Positions 21,035 to 36,204 of a stretch of 64,000 bases of DNA are shown piece by piece. Below the pieces are notes generated by a model. It was given only the letters and a program-made list of their open reading frames with translations. It was not told the DNA's origin and made no database searches. Position 1 is the stretch's first letter, and each line of letters opens with the position of its first letter. The DNA comes from Eledone cirrhosa (Eukaryota): positions 12,276,001 through 12,340,000 of the forward strand of contig OZ024756.1 of assembly GCA_964016885.1 (NCBI GenBank), given 5' to 3'. The position numbers were made by a program, and so were the translations under genes.

Positions 21035-21320
21035 TACAGTGTTTAGGCAACCACGTCACCTTTTTGTTCAACACTGACACAGGAACGATGTACTAGTTTC
21101 AAGCTTATTAGCTATCGTCAGCACCGTATACCTTTCTGCCAGATGGTTGAACGTCCGAAAGTATATACTTTCCTTATGAAAATTAACGGCTGAGCAGCCT
21201 AATTTGCATATCGAGTGAGTTCAGTCGGCCAGGCTGACGATAGCTAATAAGCTTGAAACTAGTACATCGTTCCTGTGTCAGTGTTGAACAAAAAGGTGAC
21301 GTGGTTGCCTAAACACTGTA
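21035..21320. repeat. 88-bp inverted repeat pair (21035-21122 / 21233-21320), each arm with an HHR core
   Basis: Arms are reverse complements by eye; 110-bp spacer. Confidence 0.9.
21085..21127 (-). ncRNA. Minimal type I hammerhead ribozyme
   Basis: ACGGTG-CTGACGA-T-AGCT-AATA-AGCT-T-GAAA-CTAG-TA/CATCGT: 6-bp stem I, 4-bp stem II, palindromic stem III, GUA site. Confidence 0.75.
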
Positions 21321-23050
21321 CGGCGTAATTCAGGCTGTTTGTTTGTTTACAAACGAACAAACCGAGCATTATAATAAATGTTCGGTAAACTGATACGTGC
21401 ATATATGTATGTGTGCCTGTATGTATATATATACATGCTACTGTACGTCTGTATACATATATGTATGTACGTATACATACATACTTACATTTATATATAT
21501 ATATATATATATATATAGTAAACGTAGGAAAATTAACAGAGAGGACAAGATAACGAACGAAAACAATGCAAAATGAAAACAATTCTTGAAGGGGAGCCTT
21601 AAGAAATTGTTTGTTTTCTTAAATAAAAATACAAGCGAAAGACTCAGATAAATGCAAGATATGGAATGAGAGAGATACTACTGTGGGGTACAAATATAAA
21701 GACTCCTTGGCATTTGTATATACTTGTTTTTAATCTAAGCAGACAAGCCAGTGCCCATTATAGATTTCAGTGCCCCAGAACCGGCGAATGTTGGGACTGC
21801 CTGAAAATGTATAGAGGAATAAAGACATAATCCCAACTCTTGCAAATCAGTGGAATTTGTTAACGTGTTTTAAAGGACAATGAGATCGTCAAACCGTTTC
21901 ATTACGAAAATATATTTTTCTATAAACTGTATAGATTTATGTTCGAACACTAGCATTTTCACATTCACAACTCTCTTAATATTCAAAATCAAAATGAATT
22001 TATGGTAATAATGATTTCTACTTTAAGGACAAGACCAGCACTTTTGGGGACAGGAACATTGATTACATCGATCAGAGTACTTTACTTTATCGACACCAAA
22101 TGTATAAAATCGAAGTTTACCTCGGTGGGACTTAAACTCAAAACGTAAAGATTCTGCAAAATTTTGTTGACCAATTGTCCGACACTCTACTGATTCTGGC
22201 AACCCACTTGTCTCAAGTTATAGGAATAATTGTTTCTACTTTACCTCAGTACATTACTGGTACTTTATTTTATCGACACGTAAGGATGAAAGGCAAAGTT
22301 AAGGCAAAGTATCATGAAAATAGTAATACACGCTAGCTTTAATAAAAAATATCCAAGAGTAAAGTACTCGTGTTTTAAGACGAAACAACAGCAAAGCTTT
22401 CATACGTTGTCAGATTTTTTCTTAACGTAGAGACATTTTATCAAACTGTAAAATGGTTTCATTTTGGCGGAAAATCCCTTGTTCTATCTTATTGTTAACA
22501 TCATACATTCCTGTGAACACTTTATAAATTAAAAATCTTCAGATTCCTCGATTATGTCAGATAAACTCAACTTTTTATAATAGATGGAATGTATATATAT
22601 ATGTATATTCCGAAGAATATATCAGGAGTTACTGCAAAATATACAACTATTTTCCCCAAAATTTCTTTGCAGTGATCTGAAATACGAAGCGATAAATAAA
22701 GGTAAAGGCAAAAATCGTAACAAGTAAGGATGTTCGTTCAACTAATTATATGCATTTCTGTATGTGCGATGCGTGGAGGAACCAACTATATGATAAATAA
22801 TATTGAACATCTCTTAAACTACTCGAATACCGTCCAGGAAAATTCACGTAATTTCCTAATAGATGAAAAATAAACAACATTTATGGTGATTTAGGCTCTC
22901 AATGGCACTATGTGATGTTGGAATATTTATTTTTCATTCAATCTGTAATAGATTGATCAAATAAACACATTCGTAATTATCATCGGACATAAGTGTGTAT
23001 GATTGCACATCTGTGCGTGTGTGTGTGTGTATACACACACACACACACAC

Positions 23051-23091
<41 letters not shown>

Positions 23092-23710
23092 ATGTGTACA
23101 CACACACATATACACACACATATATATATATGTATATACATGCGTTCACATTCATATATATTTATACATATTCACACACGCATAAATAGTTTTATACATA
23201 TAGACATACAAACATAAATACATATAAATTCATGCATATACATATATATATATACATATATAAATACATATATACAAATACATATATAAATACATATATA
23301 CAAATAAATATATACATATATATATATGCATATATATATATATACGTATATACACACAAACACATATACAAACATAAATAAACATACATATATACATATA
23401 TATAAACATAGATATATACATAAACACACAGACACATTTATATGTATACACACACACACACTATCTTTATATATATATAATATATATATAAAGTAATTCT
23501 AATAATTGTTTTATTATATTTATAAACAAAACAATATATACGCATATTTAGTCATACCTATATAAACTACATTTTCAGAAAAACGCAATTTATATGCAAA
23601 TTGCATATGAATTTATATACGCTTTTGAGTATATCAAATCTAAACTATGATAATGAGTATATTTGATATTGCAAATGTTTATATATATATATATATATAT
23701 ATACATACAT

Positions 23711-23759
<49 letters not shown>

Positions 23760-23871
23760 GAGAAACAATCAGTCAGTATCATGTACATAAATATATGCTC
23801 TGAACTTAATGTCTATTTTAGATTCCTTTGTTGAGTAACTTAGTCGATATACATTATGTGTGTATAAATTT

Positions 23872-23914
<43 letters not shown>

Positions 23915-24240
23915 TGGCAGATTAGATCTAAAAATATTGGTTGCCAGGAAATGAATGGGGCCCACCTACATATAAATGCTATCATTTTTATAATGAATAA
24001 ATAACATCTTCTAAAAATACATAAGTAGAAACAAAACAGTGCAATCAAATTTTTGCGGAAAAATATCTTACCTTCTCCAGTAAAAAATATGTATTTTGCA
24101 AAATCCAGAGACTTTCAATAACGACCAGAAGTCGACCCTCAATATTACTAATAACTCTATGAAAGCCATGAACGACAACACATCTTTTTAACTTTGATTT
24201 TGAAAGTAGGTTTATAATTGTCAATTTTCATTATACTTTT

Positions 24241-24468
24241 GCAGCTGTCTCGGTGGCCTAGTTGGAGGAATCGTAGATGGTGATGATCCTGTTCTGAAGT
24301 TCGATCCTGGTCGGGAGTAGGGGTTCGCGGTAAACTCTTTCAGTTTTGTTTTATCGGTTGTAAAATAAAAACTGAAAAACGTTACATGTACCTCTTGAGC
24401 AGGATTGAACCCAAGACCAGGATCTCCACCGTCTCTAGTAACTACCGCTAGGCCACAGAGACAACTAC
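24241..24468. mobile_element. Tail-to-tail pair of short tRNA-like (Pol III A/B-box) elements forming a diverged palindrome
   Basis: + strand GGTGGCCTAGTTGG...GTTCGATCC; - strand TGGCCTAGCGG...GGTTCAATCC; third copy at ~34502-34597(-). Confidence 0.6.
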
Positions 24469-24998
24469 GAAAATCTTATAAAAATTTATACTTATAAACC
24501 TATTTTCAAAATTCTCAAAACAAAGTGTTGTGGTGTCGTTCATGTCTTTCCTAATGTTATTGCTCCTACTTAAAGTGGACTTCTCAATCATTTGGGTGTT
24601 CCATAAACTACATCCTCGTTTTGTTTCACATCTATCTAGACTATATTTTAACCTGTAATCCATGTTTCATTTCTGTTCCACCTCATTTCTCCCCCCACTC
24701 TCTCTCTCTCTTTCTTTTTCTCTGTAATATTTGAATCTACTATGATTTGGGCTTACCTTATTCCTATATATATATGTTTGTGCATGTCAGTAAAACCATA
24801 ATGCACTGGGATAATTGCCGGCCTTGTGCCAAACATAGAAACAATCATCATTATTATCATTTGTTTTCGTACTTACAGGGTTGACAAAATAAAGTACCAG
24901 TCACGCACTGGAGTCGATTTAATTGACTTTACCCTCCCTCAGAATTGTTGGGAGGGTACCTAAATCAGAAATCATTATTATTAGTAGTAATAATAATA

Positions 24999-25186
24999 GG
25001 TAGCGTCAGACACCATGCTTTGCAGCATAGAGTTACGGTCCTTTACGGTCTGAGTTCAAATCCCGCCGAGGTTAACTATCCCTTTCGGGCTCGATAAAAT
25101 AAAGTACCAGTAAAGTACTAGCGTCGATTTGGTCTACTATCCTCTCCCCGCAAGTTGCTGGCCTTGTGCCTATACTAGAAATCGTT
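24999..25186 (+). mobile_element. SINE family A copy (tRNA-derived)
   Basis: GAGTTCAAATCCCGCCGAGG...GATAAAATAAAGTACCAG...GGCCTTGTGCC, shared with about ten other copies in the window. Confidence 0.75.
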
Positions 25187-26120
25187 ATTATTGGTAGTAG
25201 TAGTAGTAGTAGTAGTAGCAGCAGCAGCAGCAGCAGCAGCAGCAGAGTAGCAGTAGTAGTAGTAGCAGTAGTAGTGGTAGCAGTGTAGCAGTAGCAGTAG
25301 TAATAGTAGTAGTAGTAGCAGTAGTAGTAATAGCAGGTGATGATAGTAATCTATAGTTTCTATCGTTCATACCACCTCCTCCTCCCATCCTGGTATTATT
25401 TCGAGTTGGTTGTAAGTTTGGATGTGACTGTGTGGGGGGAAGGTGCTTAAAAAGGAGGAGAAGGAGAAGGAGAAAGAAAGCGGGTGTGTGCAATTGGTAG
25501 AAAGTTTGATATAATTTATTGTATAAATATTTCTCTTCTGTTCGTTCTTTTCCTCCTCCTTCTTCCTATCATCATCACCATCAACATCATTAAGTTTTAT
25601 CATCATCACCATCAGCATTCTTATTATTAATATTATTACTATTATTATTACTAGTATTATTACTATTATCATTACTATTATCATTATTATTATTATTACT
25701 ATTATTATTGTTATTATTATTATTGTTATTATTACTATTATTATCTCCGTCTATTGCTTATCGCAGCAACGGATTTCTCTCGCCCCTGGACATGAAAAAA
25801 GTAGAAAAACAAGATGGAAGTTGTGGTAACATTTTCGCTAATCCTTCGGCGACTTTTCAACGTTAACTTCGGCAGCCGATAACTTAACTGTTATCAACAT
25901 TAACAACAACAACAACAACAATAAAACAACAGCAAAACAACAACAAAAGTGACACACAGAGAAACAAAACAACAAAACACGAGGAAAACAAAAGCAAGGC
26001 AAGCAACATCAATAACAACAACAAGAACAATAACACCGACATCGTCAAACAAACAAATAAGTGCAAAGAGATAGCAGACGAGAAACATAAAATACCAATG
26101 ATAACAACAACATCAACAAT
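25187..26120. repeat. Cluster of trinucleotide microsatellites (TAG/CAG, CAT, ATT, AAC)
   Basis: Direct reading. Confidence 0.85.
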
Positions 26121-26341
26121 AGTAATGATTTATTTATTTATTTATCTAACGAATAAAACAACAACAAACCATCGGAAAGTATTATCTGAATTGGTAATTG
26201 GGAACGAGGGAAAATTTAAATACCTCCAAGCAACAAAATAAAATGTATTTGAAAACAAATAAATACACAGACAACATATATAGAAGCATAAAAGGGAAGT
26301 AAAACGCACGCGGACACGGCCAGACAAACACACACATTATA

Positions 26342-26375
<34 letters not shown>

Positions 26376-26492
26376 TTTTGAACAGAGCAGTTAATAGGCA
26401 ATTTACACATGATGTTGAGTAAGTTTCTCTATACTTCGAAGTATTTCATGAAGACATACATATGTATGTATCTCTCTCCCCCTCTCTCTCTC

Positions 26493-26572
<80 letters not shown>

Positions 26573-27370
26573 ACTACACTCATACATATGTTGCTTTATA
26601 GATTTATAGGTATAAAAATAAATATATATTGATGGGTGACTCGGGCAAGTACAAGATTCTTAGTGAAGACAGAAGGCTTAGTAGTTAAGAATTCGGCTGA
26701 GTTATGGATAAGAGTTCGGTTCTCGGCGGTGCGTTGTGGCCCCGAGCAAGACATTACTTCACGTTGGTCTAGTCTACTAAGTTGCAGAAATGCGAAGTAT
26801 CTTTAATTTAAAGGAGCAGTCTTGTCCCACATCATATGATGCTGAATCTTCTTGAGAATTGCACTAACGGTACATGTTTCTTAGGAATGCTCAGCGGCTT
26901 AAACTCCCATTATTAGGAGCAGGCTGTTTCATAGTTAGAACAAATAGAAGTCACCTCATCTGAACGGAAGGGATTATAACAACAACAACCAGAATCGTAC
27001 AGATTGCATATTATATTTATATTACTTGACAGGTACACGTGTTTCCTCGAACTAATAGTTAATTCATCAGGGGAATTAAGTAGCAGTCGACATACAGAAT
27101 TACAAATACACTACCAGGATTATAGCGGTTGGGCGCCTCCAAAGATTCCCATCAAAGTTGTCTACCCGTTATCTTCCGGTGGCCAACAAAAATGGGATTT
27201 ATCTGAGAGAGAATTTTCTCAACATGAGGCCAACTTAATAAGTGTTACTATGGAAACAATTCTAATTTTCTGTCTACAGAGACACGAGTAAAATCTCACA
27301 GCGGGGGTTAGAATTCTATGTTTACTTAAAAATGTTTTACCATACATTTCAAATTATAATGAGAACACGC

Positions 27371-28020
<650 letters not shown>

Positions 28021-28095
28021 ACTTAATTGCAACTACACAGCTCGCCATTTTTATACATATGTATATATACATATGTATATATATATATATCCACC

Positions 28096-28140
<45 letters not shown>

Positions 28141-28777
28141 TATATAAATATATATGCGTGTGTGTATATACAGGTGCGTGCGTGTGTGTGCGTGTCAGCA
28201 TGAGTGTGTGTGTGTGAGGTATCATTATTCGCGTGTTTATGTTTGCGTGTGTTTGCACACAACTGCACATACATGCACAATATTCTGAGATGAAAACCAC
28301 GAACGAGGCTATCACTTTACACAGAGAAATACTCGGGAACGCAAGGAACATATATATTTATTTTAAATGGATATTTAAATGTTCCATTAATATTTGACAG
28401 GATATAAATAGTCCTGTGGAGTGTCTTATAATAGGGGAGAGGAGAGAGAGGGGGGAGGGAGGGGGATAGATGGAAGGAGAGAGGAGAGGGGGAGGGGTGA
28501 TAGGGGGAAGTAGAAGGGGAGGAATTGGTAGAGAGAGAGGGAGAGGGTGTGTGAGTGAGAGGGTGTGAGGTAGACGAGATGGAGAAGGAGTGAGAGGGAG
28601 AGGTAGAGTGAGAATGAGACAGTGAGGGGGGAGTGAGGGTGAGAGTGAGAGGGGGGGGGGAGTGAGAGGGGGGGGGGTGAGAAGGGGAGGAAGAGGTAGA
28701 TTGAGAGGGAGAAAGGGTGAGCTGAAGAAAGAAAGGTAGATATATAGAGTGTGAGAGAGTAAACTCCATACACAACG

Positions 28778-28808
<31 letters not shown>

Positions 28809-28939
28809 GACATACGCATATATACACACATACACATATAGACACACATACATATACACATATATATGCATTATATACATACATACAATATACATATATA
28901 GATAATATACATATATAGCCTATAAACACATAAACGATC

Positions 28940-29897
28940 TACACATATATACAGGCAATATATATCCATATATACAGGCAATATATATACATATATACAT
29001 ATATACAGGCAATATATATACATATATACAGGCAATATATACATATATACAGGCATTATATACACATATACAGGCAATATATACATATATACAGGCATTA
29101 TATACATATATACAGGCAATATATATACATATATACAGGCAATATACAGGCAATATATACATATATACAATATATACATATATACATGCAATATATACAT
29201 ATATACATGCAATATATACATATATACAATATACACATATATACAATGTACACATATATACAATATACACATATATACAATATACACATATATACAATAT
29301 ACACATATATACAATATACACATATATACAATATACACATATATACAATATACACATATATACAATATACACATATATACAATATACACATATATACAAT
29401 ATACACATATATACAATGTACACATATATACAATGTACACATATATACAATGTACACATATATACAATGTACACATATATACAATGTACACATATATACA
29501 ATATACACATATATACAATATACACATATATACAATATACACATATATACAATATACACATATATACAATATACACATATATACAATATACTCATATATA
29601 CAATATACTCATATATACAATATATACATATATACAATCTATACATATATACAATATACACATATATACAGGCAATTTATACATAATTACAATATACACA
29701 CATATATACAATATACACATATATACAGGCTATATATACATATATACAATGTATACATATATATACAATATACACATATATACAATATACACATATATAC
29801 AGGCAATTTATACATAATTACAATATACACATATATACAGGCTATATATACATATATATACAATATACACATATATACAATATACACATATATACAG
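28940..29897. repeat. ~17-bp minisatellite (CAATATACACATATATA)n
   Basis: Tandem unit directly visible, with AGG-containing variants. Confidence 0.9.
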
Positions 29898-30051
29898 GCC
29901 AACAATATCTGAAATACAAAGACACTGGTACAGAGAGAAGACAATGAAATGTAGAGACATTTAAAATGTCTGACACACTAACATATAGCAATGTCAATTT
30001 ATGAAACTCCTTGCTTTTATTCACTTCATCTGACCTTTTCTATAATTATTT

Positions 30052-30213
30052 CGTCGGACGCCATGCTTTGAAGCATAGAGTTACGTCCCTTTATGATCTG
30101 AGTTCAAATCCCGCCGAGGTTAACTTTGCCTTTGATCCTTACGGGGTCGATAAAATAAAGTACCAGTAATACACTGGCATAATTGCTGGCTTTGTGCCAA
30201 AAATAGAAACAGT
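30052..30213 (+). mobile_element. SINE family A copy
   Basis: Same B-box-like and GTCGATAAAATAAAGTACCAG core. Confidence 0.75.
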
Positions 30214-31134
30214 TATATTTTATATCTACTCATCTATATTTATGTCTAACTATCTATCTCTCTGTCTGTCTGTCTATCTGTTAATCACTCTGTCTCTCTG
30301 TCTGTCTATCTGCCTGTCTAACTGTCTGTCTGTCTGTCTAACTGTCTGACTGTCGAACTGTTTTTTTTACTGTCTGTCTGTCTGCCAAACTGTCACTCTG
30401 TCCGTTAGTCTGTCACTCTGTCAGTCAGTCTGGCTCTCTGATTGCCTCGCTAAAAGGAGCAATGGGGCGCCAGACTTCGATCTTATGACCCTACGATCAA
30501 GAACCGTATACCCGCAGGCCTACACACACACATACACTGTGTGTCTGAGTACATATGTTTGTATTTGTGTGAGAATGAATGTGTACGTGTATTCGTTTGT
30601 TATTTTGTCTGGTTTAAACTCTGGACATGGGCTGCCCAGTGGTGCCACTCTCAGGTGTTTTATTCCGTTAAAGCAATTCCATTTTAACTTAAAATTTAAC
30701 AAATAATAAACTATGGGAAAATATCTGGCCCAAGCATTTAATTAAGAACGGATAAACATACATGGTTTGTAAACAACATCAATACTAAAAGAAAAGATAC
30801 AAATATTCCATTCGTGAAGAGACAGCTGCTGCAAGCACAAGGAGAGAGAAGAGGAAACTATCTTCCCTTTGTTTTTAAATCAAGCATAAAATTGGTTGGT
30901 TCAAGAAAACATTCTTAGAAGGCAAACAAAAAAGATACAGAGTTATTGAAGAGACATTTGGAATGATTAAAATTCTAATATAACAACTATCCACCAGTAT
31001 AAAATCAATTTTGTATCGATGCAAATACTTGTTTGAATATAGAGGTAGAGACGCCAGAAGTAAGAAGCCATAGAATGAACACAAGTGAAGGCAATTTTGT
31101 AGCATATAATATTCTGAAGACATACACACACAAC

Positions 31135-31165
<31 letters not shown>

Positions 31166-31829
31166 AAGATATATTAAAAAGAAAATATAAACATGCCAAC
31201 ATATTTATCAATATCTCTATATCTATGTATATAAGCATAGATATACTTACACGTTGATATATATACATGTACTCATATGTACATGTTTGCATGAAATATA
31301 TTATAAATATATATACTATATATATATATATATAAATATATATATATAAATATATAAAAGGGAGTGAAGTGGTGTACGAAATGTAATTTCGTTTTATGAT
31401 ATACATGATTGGAATTGTGTCACCAGAGACAGACACAGAGAGAATTTTTATCCATCTTAACAATGTGTCACAAACGTAATGGTCCGTTTTATCTCAACCA
31501 ATGTCGATGCTTTTATTCACAATATTCGTACTGCTGCCTTTGAAATGGTTATTTTTATTATTGTTTCAATTCTTCTTCTTACTTCCCACCCCAATATTTC
31601 TACTGATGTTTTCTCTCCGAGAGAAAAATAAGATGTTATTAGTTTGATAGTATTTTAGCGTTTCATTTTCTTTTGTTTTTATAAAAATACATTAAGACTG
31701 TGATCTACGTCTCCGCTTTAGTGTACATTGTAAGTGTTTTTGTGTTTCTTCTCTATCTGAGTGAAGAAACACAAATACACACACACACACACATATATAC
31801 ATATTTATTTATTTGTATATATATATATT

Positions 31830-31861
<32 letters not shown>

Positions 31862-32705
31862 TGTATGTATGTATGTATGTATGTATGTATGTATGTATGT
31901 ATGTATGTATGTATGTATGTATGTATGTATATATATACATACATACATTCATATATACATTTATATATAATACATACATACAAGCAGAGAGAAACGCGTG
32001 ATTAAATGTGTATTTATGTGTGTTGGGGGAAGAGATTGTGTGTGTTTTTGCAAAAACAAATGTCTTGTTATATATGATCATAATGAGTAAGTTTTATGAA
32101 GCTCAGTTAGACGTTGCGTAAAGATACACAGTTATGCATAGTTCATAAAGTATATTCGGAAAAAAGGGTCTCTTCACTTTCTGTAGAAAGCACACAAACC
32201 TCGGTTACAAGGACATTAATTGAATCCATCACGTGAACTCAATTCACTCACTCAGAACAATCATTCTGAATTGAGTTCTTAAGTGAATTATTTACTAGAT
32301 CACTTCTATAAATTTACATTGTAACTGCTCTATCTCCTGGTAACTTCACTTTAAAATATATTAGTTTAGCTCACCACTAAACACTGAATTAAAACTGACC
32401 ACCAGGTCTTTCAATTTGAATGGATCCTCTTCTAAAACGAAATTAAATATACCTCTCAAATTTAATCTAATTCTCTACACCAGATGTTTGTCCCAAAATA
32501 TGAGAGTCTCCCTCAGCCTCCACACCCAATAACTGTAGATAACTCCTGCTTCCGTCTTACAAAAATATGATATCATCAACACAGAACTAACGTCCCAGTA
32601 TAGGTTATTAACCCCACCGATATCTTCTGCAAATATTTCGAATCATTTATTCAAATCATATTGTTTATGAACGAACACTAGATATGCTCTCCGTATGCAT
32701 TCTCT

Positions 32706-32770
<65 letters not shown>

Positions 32771-32930
32771 GTTGAAAAGGTAATACACTAGAGACAGATA
32801 TACAGTGCGCTATCAATAAAACAGGGAAAAAACCACCAGTGTAAGGAATCTATAGAGCTCAGGATTTCTTCTCCTTTGAGCACATTATTAACAGGGAATG
32901 TCGAGGGCCTATGGCTCCGTTAATTTATCG

Positions 32931-32999
<69 letters not shown>

Positions 33000-33133
33000 A
33001 GAGAATGCATACGGAGAGCAAATCTAGTGTTCGTTTTGGTTAAAGTACGAACTTTTAATAAAATTCTTAATTTTTCTTCATAAACTTCACGCTTAATATT
33101 TGCTTTTCCTGAACATTATATATATACATATGG

Positions 33134-33483
33134 ATTGGCAGTGGTACTTTATTTTATCGACCCCGTAAGGATGAAAGGCAAAGTTAAACTCGGCGGGTTT
33201 TGAACTCAGAACATGAAGGGCCGTAACTCTATGCTGCAAAGCATGGCGTCCGACCATTTTCCGATACTGCCAATCCACCGCTGGTGTTAATAATAATTGT
33301 TTCTACTTTTGGCACAAGGTCAGCAATTACCCAGTACATTACTGGTACTTTAATTTATCGACCCCGTAAGGATGAAAGACAAAGTCAACCTCGGCGGGAT
33401 TTGAACTCAGACCGTAAAGGGACGTAACTATGCTGGAAAGCATGGCGTCCGACTCTCTACTGATACTGCCAACCCACCGCCCT
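33134..33483 (-). mobile_element. Two tandem SINE family A copies
   Basis: Reverse complements of the 37391-37580 element. Confidence 0.8.
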
Positions 33484-34011
33484 GGTGTTAATAATAATGG
33501 TAGTAGTTAGGAATATTACCGTAGTTAATGATGGTATATTATTAGTTGATAACAGCAAGAGATGTTGGTTTTGATGTTAAGGTCGGGGGACGCTCTCGTT
33601 GACGTATTTGCTCTTGGTCCTTATCTTCTTGCAACTAGTGTTATTGTTACTATTTATTTAGATCGACGCAACGACTGATAATTAAAAATAAGGATTCCCA
33701 GGAAGCCATTGCTATATCATTAATTACCAAAATAAGAATCTGACTTGCGATATCAGTGAAAAGTTGTGAATAGACAAGTTAACAAAGTACGTTGGAAGCC
33801 CCGAGAGGCATTCACATGACGCTGTCAGCAACAACAACAATCACAACTACAGCTACTACGACCAGTACTGTCATTATTATTATCTTTGTTGTTCCTAAAC
33901 TTGATGTATGTTGTCAATACTACTATTAATAACATAATTCCAGCTCCCTCTCTTCCACGCCTTTCACTCACATACACATATATAATCGTTAAGACATACA
34001 TTATATATACA

Positions 34012-34095
34012 CATACAACCAACCCTTATATATATATATACTCATACAACCAACCCATGTATATATATATATATATATACACTCATACAACCAAC

Positions 34096-34135
<40 letters not shown>

Positions 34136-34148
34136 TCATACAACCAAC

Positions 34149-34192
<44 letters not shown>

Positions 34193-34310
34193 TCATACAA
34201 CCAACCCATATATATATATATATACACTCATACAACCAACCCATATATATATATATATACACTCATACAACCAACCCATATATATATATATATACACTCA
34301 TACAACCAAC

Positions 34311-34352
<42 letters not shown>

Positions 34353-34365
34353 TCATACAACCAAC

Positions 34366-34409
<44 letters not shown>

Positions 34410-34422
34410 TCATACAACCAAC

Positions 34423-34464
<42 letters not shown>

Positions 34465-34500
34465 TCATACAACCAACCCATATATATATATATATATATA
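34012..34500. repeat. 11 copies of (A)CTCATACAACCAACCCA separated by variable (TA)n
   Basis: Direct reading. Confidence 0.92.
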
Positions 34501-34601
34501 TAAATATAAACCGAAAAAAGGTTGCATGCACCATGATTGAACCCAGGAGCAGGATTTCCACCAACTCTAGTACTTACCGCTAGGCTACAGAGACATCTGG
34601 T

Positions 34602-34720
34602 GAAGGCGTGTGGCTGAGTGGTTAGAGAATTGGATTCGCAATCGTAAGGTTGTGAGTTCGATTCCTGGACCAGGCGATGCGTTATGTCCTTGAGCAAGAC
34701 ACTTTATTTCACGTTGCTCC
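34602..34720 (+). mobile_element. SINE family B 5' part (tRNA head + GTCCTTGAGCAAGACACT core)
   Basis: TGGCTGAGTGG A box, GAGTTCGATTCC B box; related copies at ~26670-26980 and 54845-55480. Confidence 0.75.
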
Positions 34721-35487
34721 TTCTACCTGGAGTTGCGACCGATAGATAGTATTAGCAATTGGAAAGACCAACGGAAACATTGTTCCCTCGGTCCGATTTG
34801 ACGAAAGTCGATCGTTCTCGATATATATATATATATATGTGTGTTTTTATTTCATTGTTTTAACTTATATATATATGTATATATATATATATATATAAGT
34901 TAAAACAATGAAATAAAAAATCAAGTCATTAGAGATATTTCATTGTTTTAACTTATATCATGACTGTTTTCCTTTTAATGTGTTTATTGTTTTCCGGGAT
35001 TTATGTTAACCTACAACATTTTCAACATATGGATTACATTGAGTTCTTCATGCAGAATAGACCCCACAACTTACCGTGGATATCTCTGTGTATATATATA
35101 AGGAAAAGAAATCGAAAATGCAACTGCAGTCTTTTAAGAATATTTATTTATTTACTGGTTTCACAGTTCTTATGATTTTCAAAAGTAAAATTGAGAGGGT
35201 CTGTGTTTCTGTTGTGATCTGTCTCAACTGAAACACAAACCCTCCATCTCTGAAAGACCGGTAAAGAATTATGAAACCGGTAAAGTAAATAAATGAACAT
35301 TCTTAAAAGACTCCAGTTGTAGTTTCAATTTCTTTTCCTTATGCTTTCACCCGTGTAGGACATATCGTTTTAAAAAACCTCATTTTCATATATATATATA
35401 TGTGTGTGTATATTAATATATATATGTGTGTGTATATTAATATATATATGTGTGTGTATATTAATATATATATGTGTGTGTATATTA

Positions 35488-35577
<90 letters not shown>

Positions 35578-36204
35578 GCATTTACCAAGATTTAGTCTCA
35601 CCCACCACACACACGTGTGTGTTTATGTTCGATAAATAGTTATACCTACAAAGAATTGCTTACTGACACACACACACACTGACACACACATACATACACA
35701 CACACTGACACACACACACTCATGCTTCTAATTATCTCATAACATTTCTAAAACCTTTCACTGTCTCAGAACACATCCCCAATGAAAAGGAGACACATCT
35801 ATAACTACCCCCACCCCACTCAACTACCGTTGCCTCCATCATTCCATCGTGTTAACCCTTTAGTATTTAAACCAGCCGTATCCGGCCAGAATACTCTCAC
35901 TTCTTTTTGTTCAAACCGGCTGTAACCAGCCACTCATACTAATGTTAAGGTATTGTTCTCAAAATAAATAACATCAAAATCTCATAGATTCCATATTATG
36001 TGAGATAATTATGTGAAGTAAAGACTTTACTATGGAAATATAATTGTTTCTATTTTAGGCACAAGCCCAGCAATAACCCAGTACATTACTGGTACTAAAT
36101 TTGCCTTTCATCCTTACGGGGTCGATAAAATAAAGTACCAGTAATGTACTGGGTTTTTGCTGGCCTTGTGCCTAAAGTAGAAACAATTATTACACTAATA
36201 CTAT

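Noticed and set aside
24385-24466. Functional tRNA gene
   Set aside because: A/B boxes present but no convincing acceptor or anticodon stems; treated as a tRNA-derived repeat.
27004-27291. 95-aa ORF
   Set aside because: No recognisable motif or convincing splice context.
34012-34500. CRISPR-like repeat-spacer pattern
   Set aside because: Spacers are just (TA)n, repeat is too short, eukaryotic context, no cas genes.
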